Shown: positions 37,162 through 51,405, counted from the first letter of the stretch. The stretch: DNA of 64,000 nucleotides from Antedon mediterranea (GCF_964355755.1 NC_092677.1:11740101-11804100); one strand, 5' to 3'. Notes: generated by a model from the letters alone, not told the origin. Numbers and translations: made by a program.

Positions 37162-37586
37162 TTTCGGACACAAAACTGCCTAGAACCGTACATTATTTTT
37201 TGTGTACAGTATTATGGTTAAAGATTGATGCGAGAAGATGTGATCAATTTTAACGTCATTGGGGAAACATCATCGCGTCATAAAGCTTGGAATTCCCACT
37301 CATTGCGCCTATGTTACGTTGCATCCAATTTGAAGCCAAGCTTCGAAATTCCAACCTTAAACAAGAAATATTTCTTACAAAAGTCACCGCCCATTGCACA
37401 ATAATTACCGTCTATAGGCCTATGCATTTCACTATTTATCAGCAAATGTTTTCATTGTCTTAGTTCCCAGACGTACTGTGGGGTGTGCGCATGCCCAATC
37501 CGAGTTCCCAAATACCCATTTTTTCAGCCGTAGTAAACTAAAAGCTACCGCATGGTCCTAATATTCTCTTGAATATAACTGCCTAA

Positions 37587-37726
37587 AGCTTGGTTCCCAC
37601 TATAGGACTCAACGCAAGCGTGTTGACCAATGACAAGCGACAGTTCGAATAATCCATCACTTGTTATTGGTCAACTCACTTCGTTCCGTTACGTCGTTGT
37701 GGTGCGTCTCTATTGGGAACCAAGCT
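37587..37726. mobile_element. MITE family 2 (TIR AGCTTGGTTCCCA; Harbinger-like); other copies ~28661-28785, 50238-50356, partial ~35800-35940 and ~29860-29905
   Basis: taa|agcttggttcccac ... tgggaaccaagct; shared internal gaccaat(c/g)aca / gtgattggt and aacgcaacg motifs. Confidence 0.7.
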
Positions 37727-39969
37727 TGAAAGAGCGGTGCGAAAACGAAAACATCTCATCTATAGCAAGTTTATTGTTTTTAACATTAGGCTGCCTTTAA
37801 TTAAGCTTGATATAATCAATTAAAAATATGATACAGTAACCATTGTGAGTAAGTTATACGATCACATTTCTCCTAGCGATGCGATGCTCAAATATATTCC
37901 TTTTATCCGATATTCTTTTCTTCAAAATTATATATGTGCCTATATAATTTATTGTGTATAGATATAACAATTGTATATAAAGTAAAAACATAATCCTGAT
38001 TTGTTTACAAACAAAATAAGTTTGTATTCAATGTACCATTGCCTACTGCAGTCTCATTTTGACACAATTTCATTGCACTTTAAGCCTAATCTTCTGTAGT
38101 TTCACAGAGAGGCAGACCCCGCTACACGCCTCAGTCCGATATTATTGACATTTGAAAGAGTATGGTGTAAAGGATCATTCAGTTTCTAAAATCTAGTAAT
38201 AATTTTTTTTTTGCCCTGCTTAAATTTCCCTTTTCTGTGAGGAGAAAAAAATGAATAAAATATATAATTAAATAATTGCGAAAATACTTACGTTATTGAC
38301 GCTATACTGCGGCTCTTCTCAATTTTTTAAATGGCAGAAAATGTTAAATCTTTGCTATTTGTTTGGAATGCCCAGCAACAGCTCAAATAGAACATTATTA
38401 TTGGCCAATCAGAGCTATTTCTAACGATATTTTGTTTCCTAAATGAATATCTCTACAAGGTAAATGAAGCAGAAAACTAAATCATTCAGAGGTTTATTGT
38501 TTGTATTTATGCATGCCTAGAGTAACGTATCGCCTTTCAAGCGTTGCCATGATGATCTTGAAAAAAACAGAACATATCCTAAAGAATCGATTACACTTAA
38601 TCATTTTCTTCTCATTATATTGCAATGGCACCTTGGTGTTTTCGTGCGCGCGTGCAAAATATGCTATCATTATTATCATTGTTTGAACGCGCGCGTCCAG
38701 CTTATGTGCATCTTCGTTTGTCGAGATTGTTTTTTTTAAAGATTTAATTGTATTTACAGTTTTTTTTTTTTCGTACCGTAAGCATGATTAAATTACATTT
38801 CTGTATTGGGTTATCACTTTGTATTCATCTTTGTAGACTTCATTCCCTTTTAGCGAATATTCCAGTAAAATGAATACACATAGGTCCTACATAATTATGA
38901 ATAAATATATGAAGTAATTAAATATCCACTAATACAAGTGTAAAGTCACGTATGGTGTCTTATCGTACTACGTAATTGATAATAATAAAAATCATAATCC
39001 GGCCTGATTTTAATTTAACTAAAAGTTATACAGTGTGTGTGCTACCATCCTTGAGTTTCCTGCGTTGGTATAAAAAACAATTTTTGTAGACCATTGACTC
39101 TTGCTCCAAGTGCGTCCCATATTAAGCACGAACTGTCCGAGGCGGCGTCTCATAGTAGACACAAATTGTTAGAAGGGCACATAAGTTAACCAACATATTT
39201 AACTCTTTTTGTAATTTATCTTCTGCATGCATTAGCCTACTTGAATGTTTTGGTATGGAGAACCTCCTCTTTCTTTTTTCTTGAGTATACAAGGCTAGAT
39301 TGCTTTGATACAACAAAATAATCGAATCGTTATGATTCTAATAACATGACGGTTATGATGTTAATAAAACTGTATAATACCTTATACAATAGAGAAAAAA
39401 AATACCAACTACTATGTAACGGACGCCAAATTATGAACACCTCATAGATGGGAGGGGTACCGGTCATACTGGCCGACTTTAGAGGAAATTGTCGTCTGCA
39501 ACTATAGCATTTTAAAATGTTGCAAGAAGAAAGAACCGGATGAAAAACGGAACCCAGTAAGCCGAAGCTGATAGTAAAAACCTGATTGTTACATAGGCCT
39601 GGTAAAATTGTGTACGTCTGTTGACGTAAGGGATCATTCATTGAATAGTACACATGGGCAAACATTTACTGGTTTTATTATATAGACCTATATAATAGGT
39701 CTATTCAGTATATGAAGAGTAAACATTAGACCGAAAATACTCTAAACACATGAGTTATCAATAACTGAACATATTTACACATCTATATACAAACACTGTG
39801 GGCATCAAGTAAACCAAAAGTAAGTAAAGTAAACACAGATAATATTAAGTTGGAGCCTTTAATACCCTGTTTACGATATTCGCGCGAATCGAAAAATGTC
39901 TGATTGGTTGGTGCATTCTTTTTTACGTCACAAAAGTGGATGAAAATAATAAATACACATGCGCATTAG

Positions 39970-42824
39970 TCAACGCTTTCGATTATAGTCCATGATACAA
40001 TGTGCGATTGTGTATGTTACAAGTAGAAGAGCGCCTTTAACGGTTGTAGTTGTAGCAGCATTACATTCGTCCTTCTCACAGGTAGTAAAGCAGGTGTCAT
40101 ATCCAGCGACTTCAATACAGTCATCATCACCGGAACCGGTACTGCTACATCCACGTTCCACGTATGAAATGCCTGCAATATCTGTTTCGGCTTTCTGTGG
40201 AAATTAAAAATGTAATTTAAAAAGAGGTTGAATTGAATGGAGTTGATTTATTTACATCTCATTAAAAGAAAAACATGCACAGTTTATGATACAAAATATA
40301 AAAGACAGATACAGAGCCACAGGATAGCCCATGAAAGTCCCAATGTGGGAATTATTTCGAATGGGGTCCTCCTCAATAATAAATTTAGAAATGACAAAAA
40401 CAGAAAAAAAAATTACAATACATAAAACATACTTAACTACTGGTACATTTAAAAATATTACTTTACCGTTGATTCACTATCACAAGCTCTAATTCTAAGA
40501 TAATCCTTTACTTTTATTTTAAAATGTTCAATAGATTTGCTTTGTTTTATTATTATGAGCAGGCAGGGCAATCCAATTCTTAATTGCTGAATATATAAAC
40601 GGACTACGAGCAACTTATTTAGAAGTAGGTACTCGAAAATTAAGACTGCTCCCTCTTGTATTACATTGGTGACATTCATTAATACGGTTATCTTAAAAAA
40701 TACAGGGCTCAATATTTATCTTATAAACACGCAATTTCCTAGCATGCAATGGCTTTCCATATTTGCTAGTTGAAAATGTTAAAACTACAATAGTTATGTT
40801 TATTTCTTTTTAGTGTAGTGAAAGCTACTGTAGACGTGATCAACTAATTTTGTTATTTGAAGTTTGAAAGAATTAATTTCCCAATTGCTTGATAATTATG
40901 TTTTTCAATTTGCTTTTTTTTTATCTGGCAAAAAGGTTTGATAGTGAATAATGTAGACATGTAATGAAAACACTAACCATCAACCGACCGATGAAAGATT
41001 TTACAGAGGAAAATGAAGTGATAAAAAAATGAAAAAATAATTCAAGCTAATATATTTCATTTTGTAAAAGTAAGTCTCTTACATAACAACCTGTCGTTGA
41101 GCAATTGCCCGATTTGATTCCGATACTGTTAAATGGATCGTCACAGTTTGGAGTCTCGAGAGATGTGCAAAAGTAGCAGCTTAAACAATTACCTATTGAG
41201 AAATATAATAAGAATAATCATTAAATGAAATATCGCTCGATTACCCGGGTTCGAATTAGTAATCAATTACTAAAAACTAGCTTTTCGTAGATAAGCCCTT
41301 TTCTCAAAGTATACCACTCGATTCCGTAGCTGTCACTAGATTCTATCTGGCAGACTATTGCAAGTCTACTAGATACATGTCTAACTTTATTAAGTACTTG
41401 TAATACACAATATACCTGCCATTAGATTAACATAGTACACAGTTATTGCTTTTAATTTTATCAGTATGCCTAAATTGCAATGTTTATGAATAGGCATGCA
41501 GGCATGATACATATAACAATAAGGTCGTATGGTGTATATTAGATTGTATTGTGTGTCGCTAATAACACAAAACATTGTTGTTATACAGTCAACGTATGTT
41601 GGTAACGAAGTGGTATTAAAACTTCAGGGATTCAGTGGCATGTTCCCCAAAAATGATAATCAATATTGGCATAATTTTGGATAGTAATAAGTTGTTTATT
41701 AAATTGATCGATTAATGTTGACGGATAGTGGCTATTGGTGGTAAATATTGATCAATAAGCCTACATTCGTCTTCAGTCATTCGCCTGCTGCTGTCGAAAT
41801 AATAAATTCATATTTACTTTTCCTGTCATTTTTCGTTGCACTGTAGATACGTGACATTCATAAAGGCCAATTTACACAGACGAGCGGTAACGGTAAGCGG
41901 TAAAGTTGAGCGGAAAACGCAAAAATAGAATCTATGTTATTTCTTATGACCATTTACACAGAACGCGGAGCGAACGAGTGGTTGAGCGAAAATCCGCTCA
42001 GGATGATCGAAACAGATTTGATTTTGTGAAAATAACGCGCGGTATTTATGGATTCTGGCCAACCAACGACATGATTGATATGACGTCATCTATCAACAAC
42101 TTTTTTTTGCGTCCGTCGAGTGAAAGACGACAATCGAGTGCCGTAGTAGGCCTAGCCTAGTTTGCAACTTCTTTTTATTCAGAAATACAAACACCTACGA
42201 CGTGACTAATGTTCGTATAAGGACAGTGAAAAGAAAATATACATTTTAGTACGTTATTAGGCAACAATTCCCTATAAAACTTAGGTCTGTGTGTGCTAGG
42301 CCTACTGACAGTCAGTCACATCCAGGCCAGCAGTGACTGCATTAGCCTCGAGGCCTACACGCATCTACTTTCCACCACTACGTGCGCGAACTCCGCGCGC
42401 TGTGTAAATGGGAAAGGCCACGCGGTTTTTCGCTTACAATTTCCGCTTACCGTTACCGCTCGTCTGTGTAAATTGGCCTTTTACAGCTTATACGGTTTAT
42501 TGATCAACTTATGCATGCACATTATTAAAGTGTATTGACATTTGTTTAGCAGCTTTAAGCCATTTAAAATGGCTTAAACGGCTGTATGACCACGACCCAT
42601 GTTTGTCGGTTACTGTACTTCATACTTTATTTATGAACACTTGCGGCACACCGCTCATAGGTGATAGGTATGGAAGGCATTAAGTGCAAAAACGTAACTA
42701 AATTCAATCCATCGTGTAGTATAGTTCATTGAATGATTAATGGATAAACCTACCTAAACATTGTGTTCTTACCTGTCGTACAAAGGCACAACACGAAACC
42801 CACTACGTACTGTATTCTTTGCAT
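39970..42824 (-). CDS. Ly6/uPAR three-finger protein E; exons 42773-42824, 41083-41192, 39970-40194 (128 aa)
   Basis: MQRIQYVVGFVLCLCTTG; LSCYFCTSLETPNCDDPFNSIGIKSGNCSTTGCY|KAETDIAGISYVERGCSSTGSGDDDCIEVAGYDTCFTTCEKDECN; tail ends with charged DYNRKR*. Confidence 0.88.
41864..42479. mobile_element. MITE family 3 (Harbinger-like, ~37-bp TIR AGGCCAATTTACACAGACGAGCGGTAACGGTAAGCGG); shorter relative at ~49205-49383
   Basis: Perfect inverted termini; TAA on the left flank. Confidence 0.82.
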
Positions 42825-43025
42825 TTTCACACCTGATCAAAAATAAAATAGCCTTAGTACCGTTTTCATAATGTTAAAAGTAGGCCTATAACGTAAAATA
42901 ATAAATCTAACAGGCCCTATTAAATTGCTGTGCTCTGTGCACGAATATTCAACCAGTTTATCAAAGTGTTTTGGTGTGCTAACATAGAGTAATTGTAGCG
43001 GATAGAAATATTTAATTATTTTTAT

Positions 43026-43430
43026 GCCCCAAGTCTGTAGTTATTATTTTATTTATGTTATTCCACCAGTCGGCGTTTTGATTTTTGTCGAATTACTATT
43101 ATACCCCTTTCACATCAACTAGAACAACTCCGGTTTTGCTAGGTCTTATGTGATAGTCTAGGTTCTAGGCCGAAATTAGTATTAAAAAAAATGTTTTAGC
43201 ACATATGGCGTTTCATACGTATTCTACCCGAACTCACAATTTCGACAAAAATCAAAACGCCGACTGGTGGAGTAACATAAATAAAATAATAACTACAGAC
43301 TTGGGGCAAGTCTTGGTTATGTGAATGGCGTATTCTCGTGGAGTTTATCGTCGTCGTCGTTGCGAATGTTCTCCGACTCGGGGTCTCCGGGTTTCCATGG
43401 AGAATCACTGCGGAGTTCGATGTGAAAGGA
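43026..43430. repeat. ~70-bp inverted repeat (43026-43094 / 43238-43306) interleaved with a MITE-like element (cctttcacatc...gatgtgaaagg, ~43106-43429)
   Basis: gccccaagtctgtagttattattttatttatgtta.tccaccagtcggcgttttgatttttgtcgaa and its reverse complement. Confidence 0.75.
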
Positions 43431-44518
43431 TATAGAGTAGGGGTTTAACTATTAGAGAAAGGGGGCTAATGTTAGAATAATTACTAATGAAAAGATTTTC
43501 GGTTGTCACAATGAAAAGTGTAAACTTGTCTAAAGATACACTACTTTTTAAATAAAAACCATCAGAAACTTACGTTTTGCAATTATTGTTACCTTGTCTT
43601 GACTCCAACATGTCACCAAATGAGGTGCGCCAATTTGTGTCAATTATTATATAATATTATTTTTTTTTTAATAACCAGTGCCTTAATTAAGCAATTTAAT
43701 TACTCAATCAAATTCAAAAACAAACAAAAGCTTAATTTGTAGTCGTCATGGACACGAATTTAGTTTTACATGCGAATAATATTTCGGATGTGTTCCAGTT
43801 ACTATTTGACTCACATCAATGCAATCACTTTTCGATTACCGATGTAATATGAAACCTAATTGGAGTGTCATGAAATACAACATGACAGACCCGACGTCGT
43901 TTTGCTGGCCGGTCATTTCATTTCATTTATTTGTCCGACATCATGTTCTGGGACCCCAAAAGCAACAGAATCACCATAAACATGTAATGTCTGGGGCCTC
44001 AGAAGAACTTTACTACAAAAATTAAAATCAATATACAGTTCGAGAATAATTTGAAGTTATAGGGCCAAGTCTATGCACTGTGCTGGTTATATTGTTTTCT
44101 ACGGTATGTAACTTTACATTTTAAACAATAATACTTTCAGTTTAGTTGTTTTATTTTCTTGTCGATGCATTAATTCAGGTGTAAATATATTTTTTTGTTT
44201 CAATGATGCAGTAGTATGTCTTTAATTCATTAAACTCTTTGTTAAATCAGACTGCCTGTGACGTATGTAATCTGCTATATTTTTTCAACCACCACCATTA
44301 TACTTATTTTAATTTTAACCGGTGGCCATGCCTTAAAGTTTGTTTAACAAACTTATTTTGGCCTCCTCCACACCATTTTATCCTAATTTTGTTATTTCAG
44401 TTATCGAATATTATATTATCATGTGGTTGTATTTATTATTTGTGTGTGGAAAATCAATAAAACAAACAAAGAAAACTATGCACTTTACAATGTTCAATAG
44501 TTCCAAATGAAGCGGGTG

Positions 44519-44842
44519 CTTGTTGTTGTTGTTAGTTCATTTTTATACTGGGTGACCTCTTCAGTCAAAGACTGATCTCCCAGAGGGCCCAGTTGGTGAT
44601 CAGTGGCTGTGATGTAGGCCTACTAATACACCGGGGTAACCCCCTACTCGTCTCGAAAGATGTACTAGGTTCTTTAAAGTGCACACGAGCTAGTTGTGTA
44701 CACTGGACCTACGGTTTATAGTCCTTATCCGAGAAGACTCGTTCTACCACCAGAACCATGGAGTGAGTGAGCCTCGAACCCCTGCCGATGTTATGGCTAG
44801 GTAATTACGGTTCCACTGTCTTAACCGCTCGGCCACTCACTC
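44519..44842 (-). mobile_element. tRNA-derived SINE with Deu-domain-like core and (AAC)n tail
   Basis: A box TGGCCGAGCGG, B box GGTTCGAGGC; core tcttctcggataaggactataaaccgtaggtcc...cactttaaagaacc...gagtagggggttaccccggtg resembles the DeuSINE central domain (recalled, not searched). Confidence 0.78.
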
Positions 44843-45979
44843 GAGTGAGTGGCCGAGTTTATGACTTGGATCCCATTCGTATTATTTTTATGTAGAGTAC
44901 ACATAACATTCATGAACGGTCAGCACTATCCCCTGCTAGGAAAAGAGGGAGATTCCTCTTTACTTTAGTGTATATCTCATTATGACAGTTTTAATACGTT
45001 ATGTGTATTTATTTAGACCCTTTAATACAAAATCAAGATGTTGATTGTTATAATCAACTGTAATGTATATTATATTATATACATTGTAATTGGCGATTGT
45101 GACGCCTCATAGTCTGGTCACATTATTACAGGTGCTCGTCTTATGTATGCAAATTCACTAAAGTAACAGTAGAAACGGCTGCAATGCGAAACAGTTACAC
45201 GATGCATGAGAATGTGCCACAACGGTAAGTGAGTTTTTACTATAACTAAGATTGTAATTTAATCAATAAACGTACGCCTTTATTATCATCATCGATCGGT
45301 TTAGGACGATCCGTGATGCGCCACATGTACAAAGTCTTATATCTGTCCACTGGTGCTTCTCACCACCCCTTGATTATCAGTGTAATTGTCTTCCATATAC
45401 GCCCCTGGTCGTTTATTCGAATAAATACAATAAATAAATTAACCCAGTTTGTAAAATATAGACCAAATTAAAAGCAAAACAAAATATCATATTTCTATTA
45501 ACCATTTAATAATTAATATAGGCCAACTTCCGTTCCGTTTTAAATTTCAGTAGAATGAAAATTACAACACATATATTGTTGTTTGGCTTCTTAAGATGTT
45601 AAAACTATAGAGGTCGCAATCATTGTTCAAGGTCTGAACATTTCAATTATCTCTATCCAAAAATACAATTAATAACTTAAAATAATAATAGGTTAAAATG
45701 AATGTACAATATAATTGGAACGGTAGATAAAATCTCAAAACGATGACCCCTTACAAACACAACACATACTTTTAACTGAGTTTTTATGTGTATGTAGCCT
45801 GGTCGTGGGCCAAATTTTGGCTTTCTCCTAAATTGACACAACTATATTAATAAAAAGTAGAAAATATTTTCACTTGGGCCTAAATATCCTTAATCCTTAA
45901 CTTAATATAATAATAGGCTGTACAGTACAGACTCTTTTGGGGATAAAAATGTACGCGGCGTCCATGATGAAAGTGAGGC

Positions 45980-48020
45980 CTACATCAGTTTACCAATAGC
46001 GCAGACAACCATGAAAATGATGCTGCTTGCGGTGATCATGGATGACGCATTGCAGTTGTTAACATCATCACATGACGAGTGGCATGTAGAAATACCCAGC
46101 ACATCTACACAGTCAGTTCCTAAATCACCGCATCCACGGCTCACAAAATCGACACCTAGGAGTGACGATTCGGATTTCTGTAATAGATTACATTAGTCAG
46201 TTTTGAATGAACCTCAGTCTCCGCATTTTTTTATTTTAAGATCGATGAATCATGGTTATCATCATTTAATTACTTGCGTTGCTTGCCCTAATAAACCAAG
46301 CAGGATACCTTGGCGATCCTGCAAAAATGGTCAATTTATAGGGATCTCTTTGAGAGTTGGTCATACGATATTGTATTCCTTTAAATGTGTAAATTCTGAA
46401 TTAAATGGGGACGTCCCAAATGAAGGGTTCTATTGTACTAACTTAAACATTGCTTAACATGTTAACTCGAATTCCCTGATTTAACTATAGACCTATACTT
46501 ACGAAGCATTTGGTGGCGGAACTGGTGCAATTGGTGGTGGTGAGACCTTCATTGCTGAACGGGTCGCCACAGTTAGCAGAACTTGTACTGTCACAGACAT
46601 AACAGCTGATACAGTTCACTGTGAAGAAGTATATAATAGTAGTATGCAATATTATTTATTTTAACAATATTTTACGAGGGTGGTTCATCCATCATTTGGT
46701 ACCCTCACAAAAATACAATATGACGAGACAAAAACATTTAATTAAAATAAATGTAATTTATAAAGATAAACAAAATTAAATAATGAAATATTGTTATAAT
46801 GGCGGGTAAATTAGCTTTCAATCAGTATTGGAAGAGTGGGAATCCTTTTTGGATCGACCATAAAGGATCTTGCAAAATTTTGCTTGGAAACTCTACTAAA
46901 CTCTCGAAAAGAAATGTTCTCCAAAGTTCGATAGTGTATTGTACACAGAAAACAGAAATCTTCACAGCTTCACAGCTAACAAAAATCTGGTGTGTAAATG
47001 TATAGAAAAGTATTTGTTGTATACAATAATAAACCTAATAGGCATATAGGCCTATAAATGTTAGATAATCAATAAATAAGACCTACCTGTAACTATGCAA
47101 CTGGCAAGCGTTGCCACAATGAAGGATATTTTCCTGTAGATAAAGTTAGAACTCATCTAATTAAATTTTTTAATGGAAATTCGTTCATGGTAATTAATTC
47201 ATTAACTTCCTTTATTCGGATAGTACATCCACAAAACATACACACACACAGACGAAAAAATGTCATCAGCCTACAAATTAACAACCGCATCCTACTCAAA
47301 ACAACCTAAAATATTAATTTGCACTTTTTTTTGACAATCTCGAAATCCATAACGAATACCAAATTGTAAGGACAGAATCTATGCCCCATGTTAATTATGA
47401 AATGGCAAGTAATATCTTGCACAAATTTTGTAAACTATTTATAAAACTTTTTAATTACTTGATTGATTTTTGTACTACATATTTAAATACACAGTAGCAG
47501 CAAATAGTAAAGAGGCCAAACTCCATGAACATTTTTGGCCAAACATCAGCCATGCCAGAAGGCAAATTATTATCTTTGTAATAGTTAATACAAGTTACGC
47601 CTAAATGTATCTGTTCTTGAGTTGCTTAACGTTTGCACTTTGTGTAGTGTTCTCTGGAACAGCCGCTCCATACATTTATTTACTTGTTTTCCTTTATACT
47701 CATTAAAATGTAGGCCTAAATACTATTTTATTTCATAACAATTATTGTATGAGACAGATTATTATAAACGTAAATCACAATTTAATAATAATAATAGCCT
47801 CGTATACATGCAACTCTTTCCGAAAAAAAAAAATCAATTTATATTGGCAAACATTGGAATTAAAAGTCCGAGGTCTCGAGTCCATTCTCGGTCACCAAAG
47901 ATTACTAAGTAGACCTACTTTGACATGAACGCCACAAATTCTAGGGAAGCGACATCAGTTAGAGAATGAATAGAGAACAAGTAAATGAATTAGTTATAAA
48001 CAAACTTACATCGCATCCAT
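45980..48020 (-). CDS. Ly6/uPAR three-finger protein F; exons 48010-48020, 47087-47133, 46503-46618, 45980-46177 (123 aa)
   Basis: MDAM|KISFIVATLASCIVTV; ISCYVCDSTSSANCGDPFSNEGLTTTNCTSSATKCF|KSESSLLGVDFVSRGCGDLGTDCVDVLGISTCHSSCDDVNNCN; tail ASSMITASSIIFMVVCAIGKLM*. Confidence 0.86.
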
Positions 48021-49802
48021 GATGAAGTAAGAATTTCTTCAATTAACTAAACAGTCTCGGAGTAGTTTCTGCAAAGTTATGAAAACTTGGCAACGCGTTA
48101 ATAAATATGTAGATTTCACTAGCCAATCAGAAAACAGAATTGACTGATTGTTCATTCATAGGATTTATCATCGTTAATAATTAGTCAAACACAGAAGACA
48201 TAGAAACAATACAATTATTGGATTATTATTATACACTTTATTAACGCATTTTACAGTAGTTTGCACGCTGGTATCTAATACAAACATGGTTTCTAGGACA
48301 AATTATAATATGTGCCTAATTCCAATTTGCTGAATCCAAGTTTTCGGCGTGTGTTTTGCCGATTCCAATTTACCTAATTCCTGTTTGCCTCGTGTGTTTT
48401 GCCGATTCCGAATTCCAGTTTCACCAGCACGTATAACTCAGATTGTAAAACAGCTTACAAAATGTGATAAATTGATTTGTGTGCAAACGAACTGAATTGT
48501 CCCAGCATGATATTATTGACAATTATATTAAATTCACAAACTAGGAAGAAATCTCAATGAATGGGGAAACAACGTGTTATTTTATTTGTATTATTGTGTG
48601 GCATGTAGGAATGTTATTCTAAAATTTCACGATAGAAAAGAGTCTTTCTGGACCAGAAATCGTCCCGGGGTTCCAGCATTGTTCTGGTGGGCAAACTAAT
48701 CAGTCATAACGGTATCGGTACCGCTTTCGTGTTAGAATTTAGTTTTTACAATCTAAAATTACGATCTTCATGTTTTTGTCAAAATCCCTGGGACTACAGA
48801 GAAGATTTGATACCGGTATTAATAACAATAAACATTTCTTTAAAAAATATTTAAAGTTAATAATTTTACATAATATATAAGTTGCTACAGTTCATTGATT
48901 GCTATAATCAACCATTACCGTATACTATGAAAATATAAATTAATATTTGTTGTATTTCATGCAATAAGATATTTTGTTCATATTATGAAAGCAATATTTT
49001 CAAATAAAAGTTATTTTTATATCGATCTTGATGATATAAATCACCAGAAGTTATTCCTTATTAATTCGTTAGCATTCTATCTATATTCTAACCCTAGCGA
49101 ATTACGTAACAATTTAAATTGTTAAATATTAATAAAATCGTTATTCCTATTGTTTTAAGATAGCATTGCATGGAAAGGGAGATATCGATGTATTTGCGTT
49201 TGTAAGACCAATTTACACAGGCAAGCGGTAACGGTAAGTGGAAAACCGCGTAGCTTGTCACACGTGTAGAATCTGAATCTATCGCGAGGAGCGGAAACCA
49301 CCCGACCGCTCCCGCACCAAATAATGAATAACATAGATTCTATATTTTTATTACCGTTACCGCTCGTCTGTGTAAATCGGCCTGTAGGCCTATAGTTTAT
49401 ATGTCGTATTGGATAAACTATCGATTCGGGAACTTGCTTCAGTATCATAGAAAATGTAATTGGTATAGGCCTAATCGGCAGAAATTGCATTTTAGCTGGA
49501 AAACGAGGGATGAAGTCGATATTGGTATACTCTCCAGTATCGGCAGTAGTCAATTAAATAACATTTATTTCTTCCAAAAGAAAAACATATGAATATTAAA
49601 CAATGGAATACGATATCTCTTAATGTAGAAAAAAAAGGTTGTCAATGACTTAACACGACGAAAAGGAATTTGTTATGATTATAGGCTTTATATATAATGC
49701 AATCGCCGATTCAGAAATGTGTTGATGGTTGCCTGGTAATATATTAGGTTTGTATTATTTTACACTCAATTGGACAGCCAATCCAATAAGTTTAAGGTTA
49801 TA

Positions 49803-50060
49803 ATTATTATTTATTTATTATATTTTAGGAAAATTGCCAAGGATAACCACAAGTGAATTCATTCACTATCTCTCTCAAAGGTGGCAAACCCGTTCACAAG
49901 ACAAACATATACATAAGATTCTCTACATAACCAAAGACTTATAATTACAAGTCTTTGGGAGTGGAGTTGCAAATTGTCATGAGAAAAAATCCTGAAATAT
50001 GACCGGACATGAACTCAGGACCCTTGGATTGGTAGCCAAGCATCAACTCTACTCCGTTAC
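49803..50060 (-). mobile_element. Degenerate tRNA-derived SINE
   Basis: Minus-strand tRNA-like head gcttggctaccaatccaagggtcctgagttcatgtccggtc; (TAAA/TAA)n tail at ~49803-49825. Confidence 0.45.
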
Positions 50061-51405
50061 TACTGTCAACGCACTATGCAATCAGTAAACTGCGCTATTG
50101 TTTTCAGTTTAGACAGACCGCGCACTTGGTACTATTCAAATGGTTCCGTTTTCACGTAACGGGAGGCTGCGGGCCGTTCAATTCTTTATACGATTTTCTA
50201 TTATTAACAAGCGACGCCGAAACGATTCGCGGCTTAAAGCTTAGTTCCCACTAGGACGTAACGCAACGACGTAAGCAATTTAACCAATCACAAGCGATGG
50301 ATTATCCGCTTGTGATTGGTCAACTCCCTTGCGCTGCGGTTGCGTCCTAGTGGGAACGCGCATCGTATATAGTAGACACCGAAGTTAAGTGCGTGTATAT
50401 AGCTTATGAAAAAGTTAAAAACTCCAAAAACTAAGATTATGCATGTATATATAATAATGTATTCTCAACAATTTGACGTGTGCAAAGGTGCTTAAACACG
50501 TGCTCTTAAAAAAACATATTTAACCTAAAACTGGAGTGACAGTAGCAGGGATGCATGAACAATAGAAAAATACCCATCTCTCGTTTAAAACATCTATAAA
50601 ATAGAGTAACTGTTAATTTGTAGTGGAAACATTTGTATGGTTGTGTTAATTATCTGATGTTTAATATGTTTTTAAAACTAAATTAAATGAGCTTGTTATG
50701 TCTAAAAATGTGAATGTAAAATTTAGAAATATTTGTAACTCGCTGAATTTTAGGTTTTTAAAATTAATTAACTATTACAATTGGAATTATCCGATAAAAA
50801 AGAAAAAATGTCTACATACTGTACTTGATTAATACGACATGCTTAATACTGTATTCAAGCAACCTGTAGAATAGGCACTTTAAGATTTGGAACTTATTCC
50901 AAAAAATAACAAATATTTAGTTTTAGATTTAACAGTAATGTAATATACAGTACTAAATCAAAAACATTAATTTATGCAGAAAAATACAAAAATTATTTAT
51001 TATTTAGTCTGTGATCTTGCAAGTGAGTGCAATTTTCCCCAATTTATGAGCATTCAAAATAAGCGAGGCACATATCAAATTACAAATGTGATAACCCTCT
51101 AGCCCAACCCCTACCCTTTTTTACATTCAGTCCTCCGTGCCTTTAACACAACTTTGGTAAACTCAACATTTTGAATCGCTCTGGGAAATCTACACATCTT
51201 TAGCTAGATATAATACTTTTTGATAATACAGCATTTTTTTAAATAACAAAAAGAAATGATTTAACAACTAACGCAATTTTTAATTGCTTGAGTTTAAATT
51301 TATAGTTGAAGCAACTTGTTTATCTATTTTATTTTCATTTTTTTTATTTTTTATTATTTACAGCATTCAAACAGCTCATATTTGGACATTATTAAAATTC
51401 AATTT

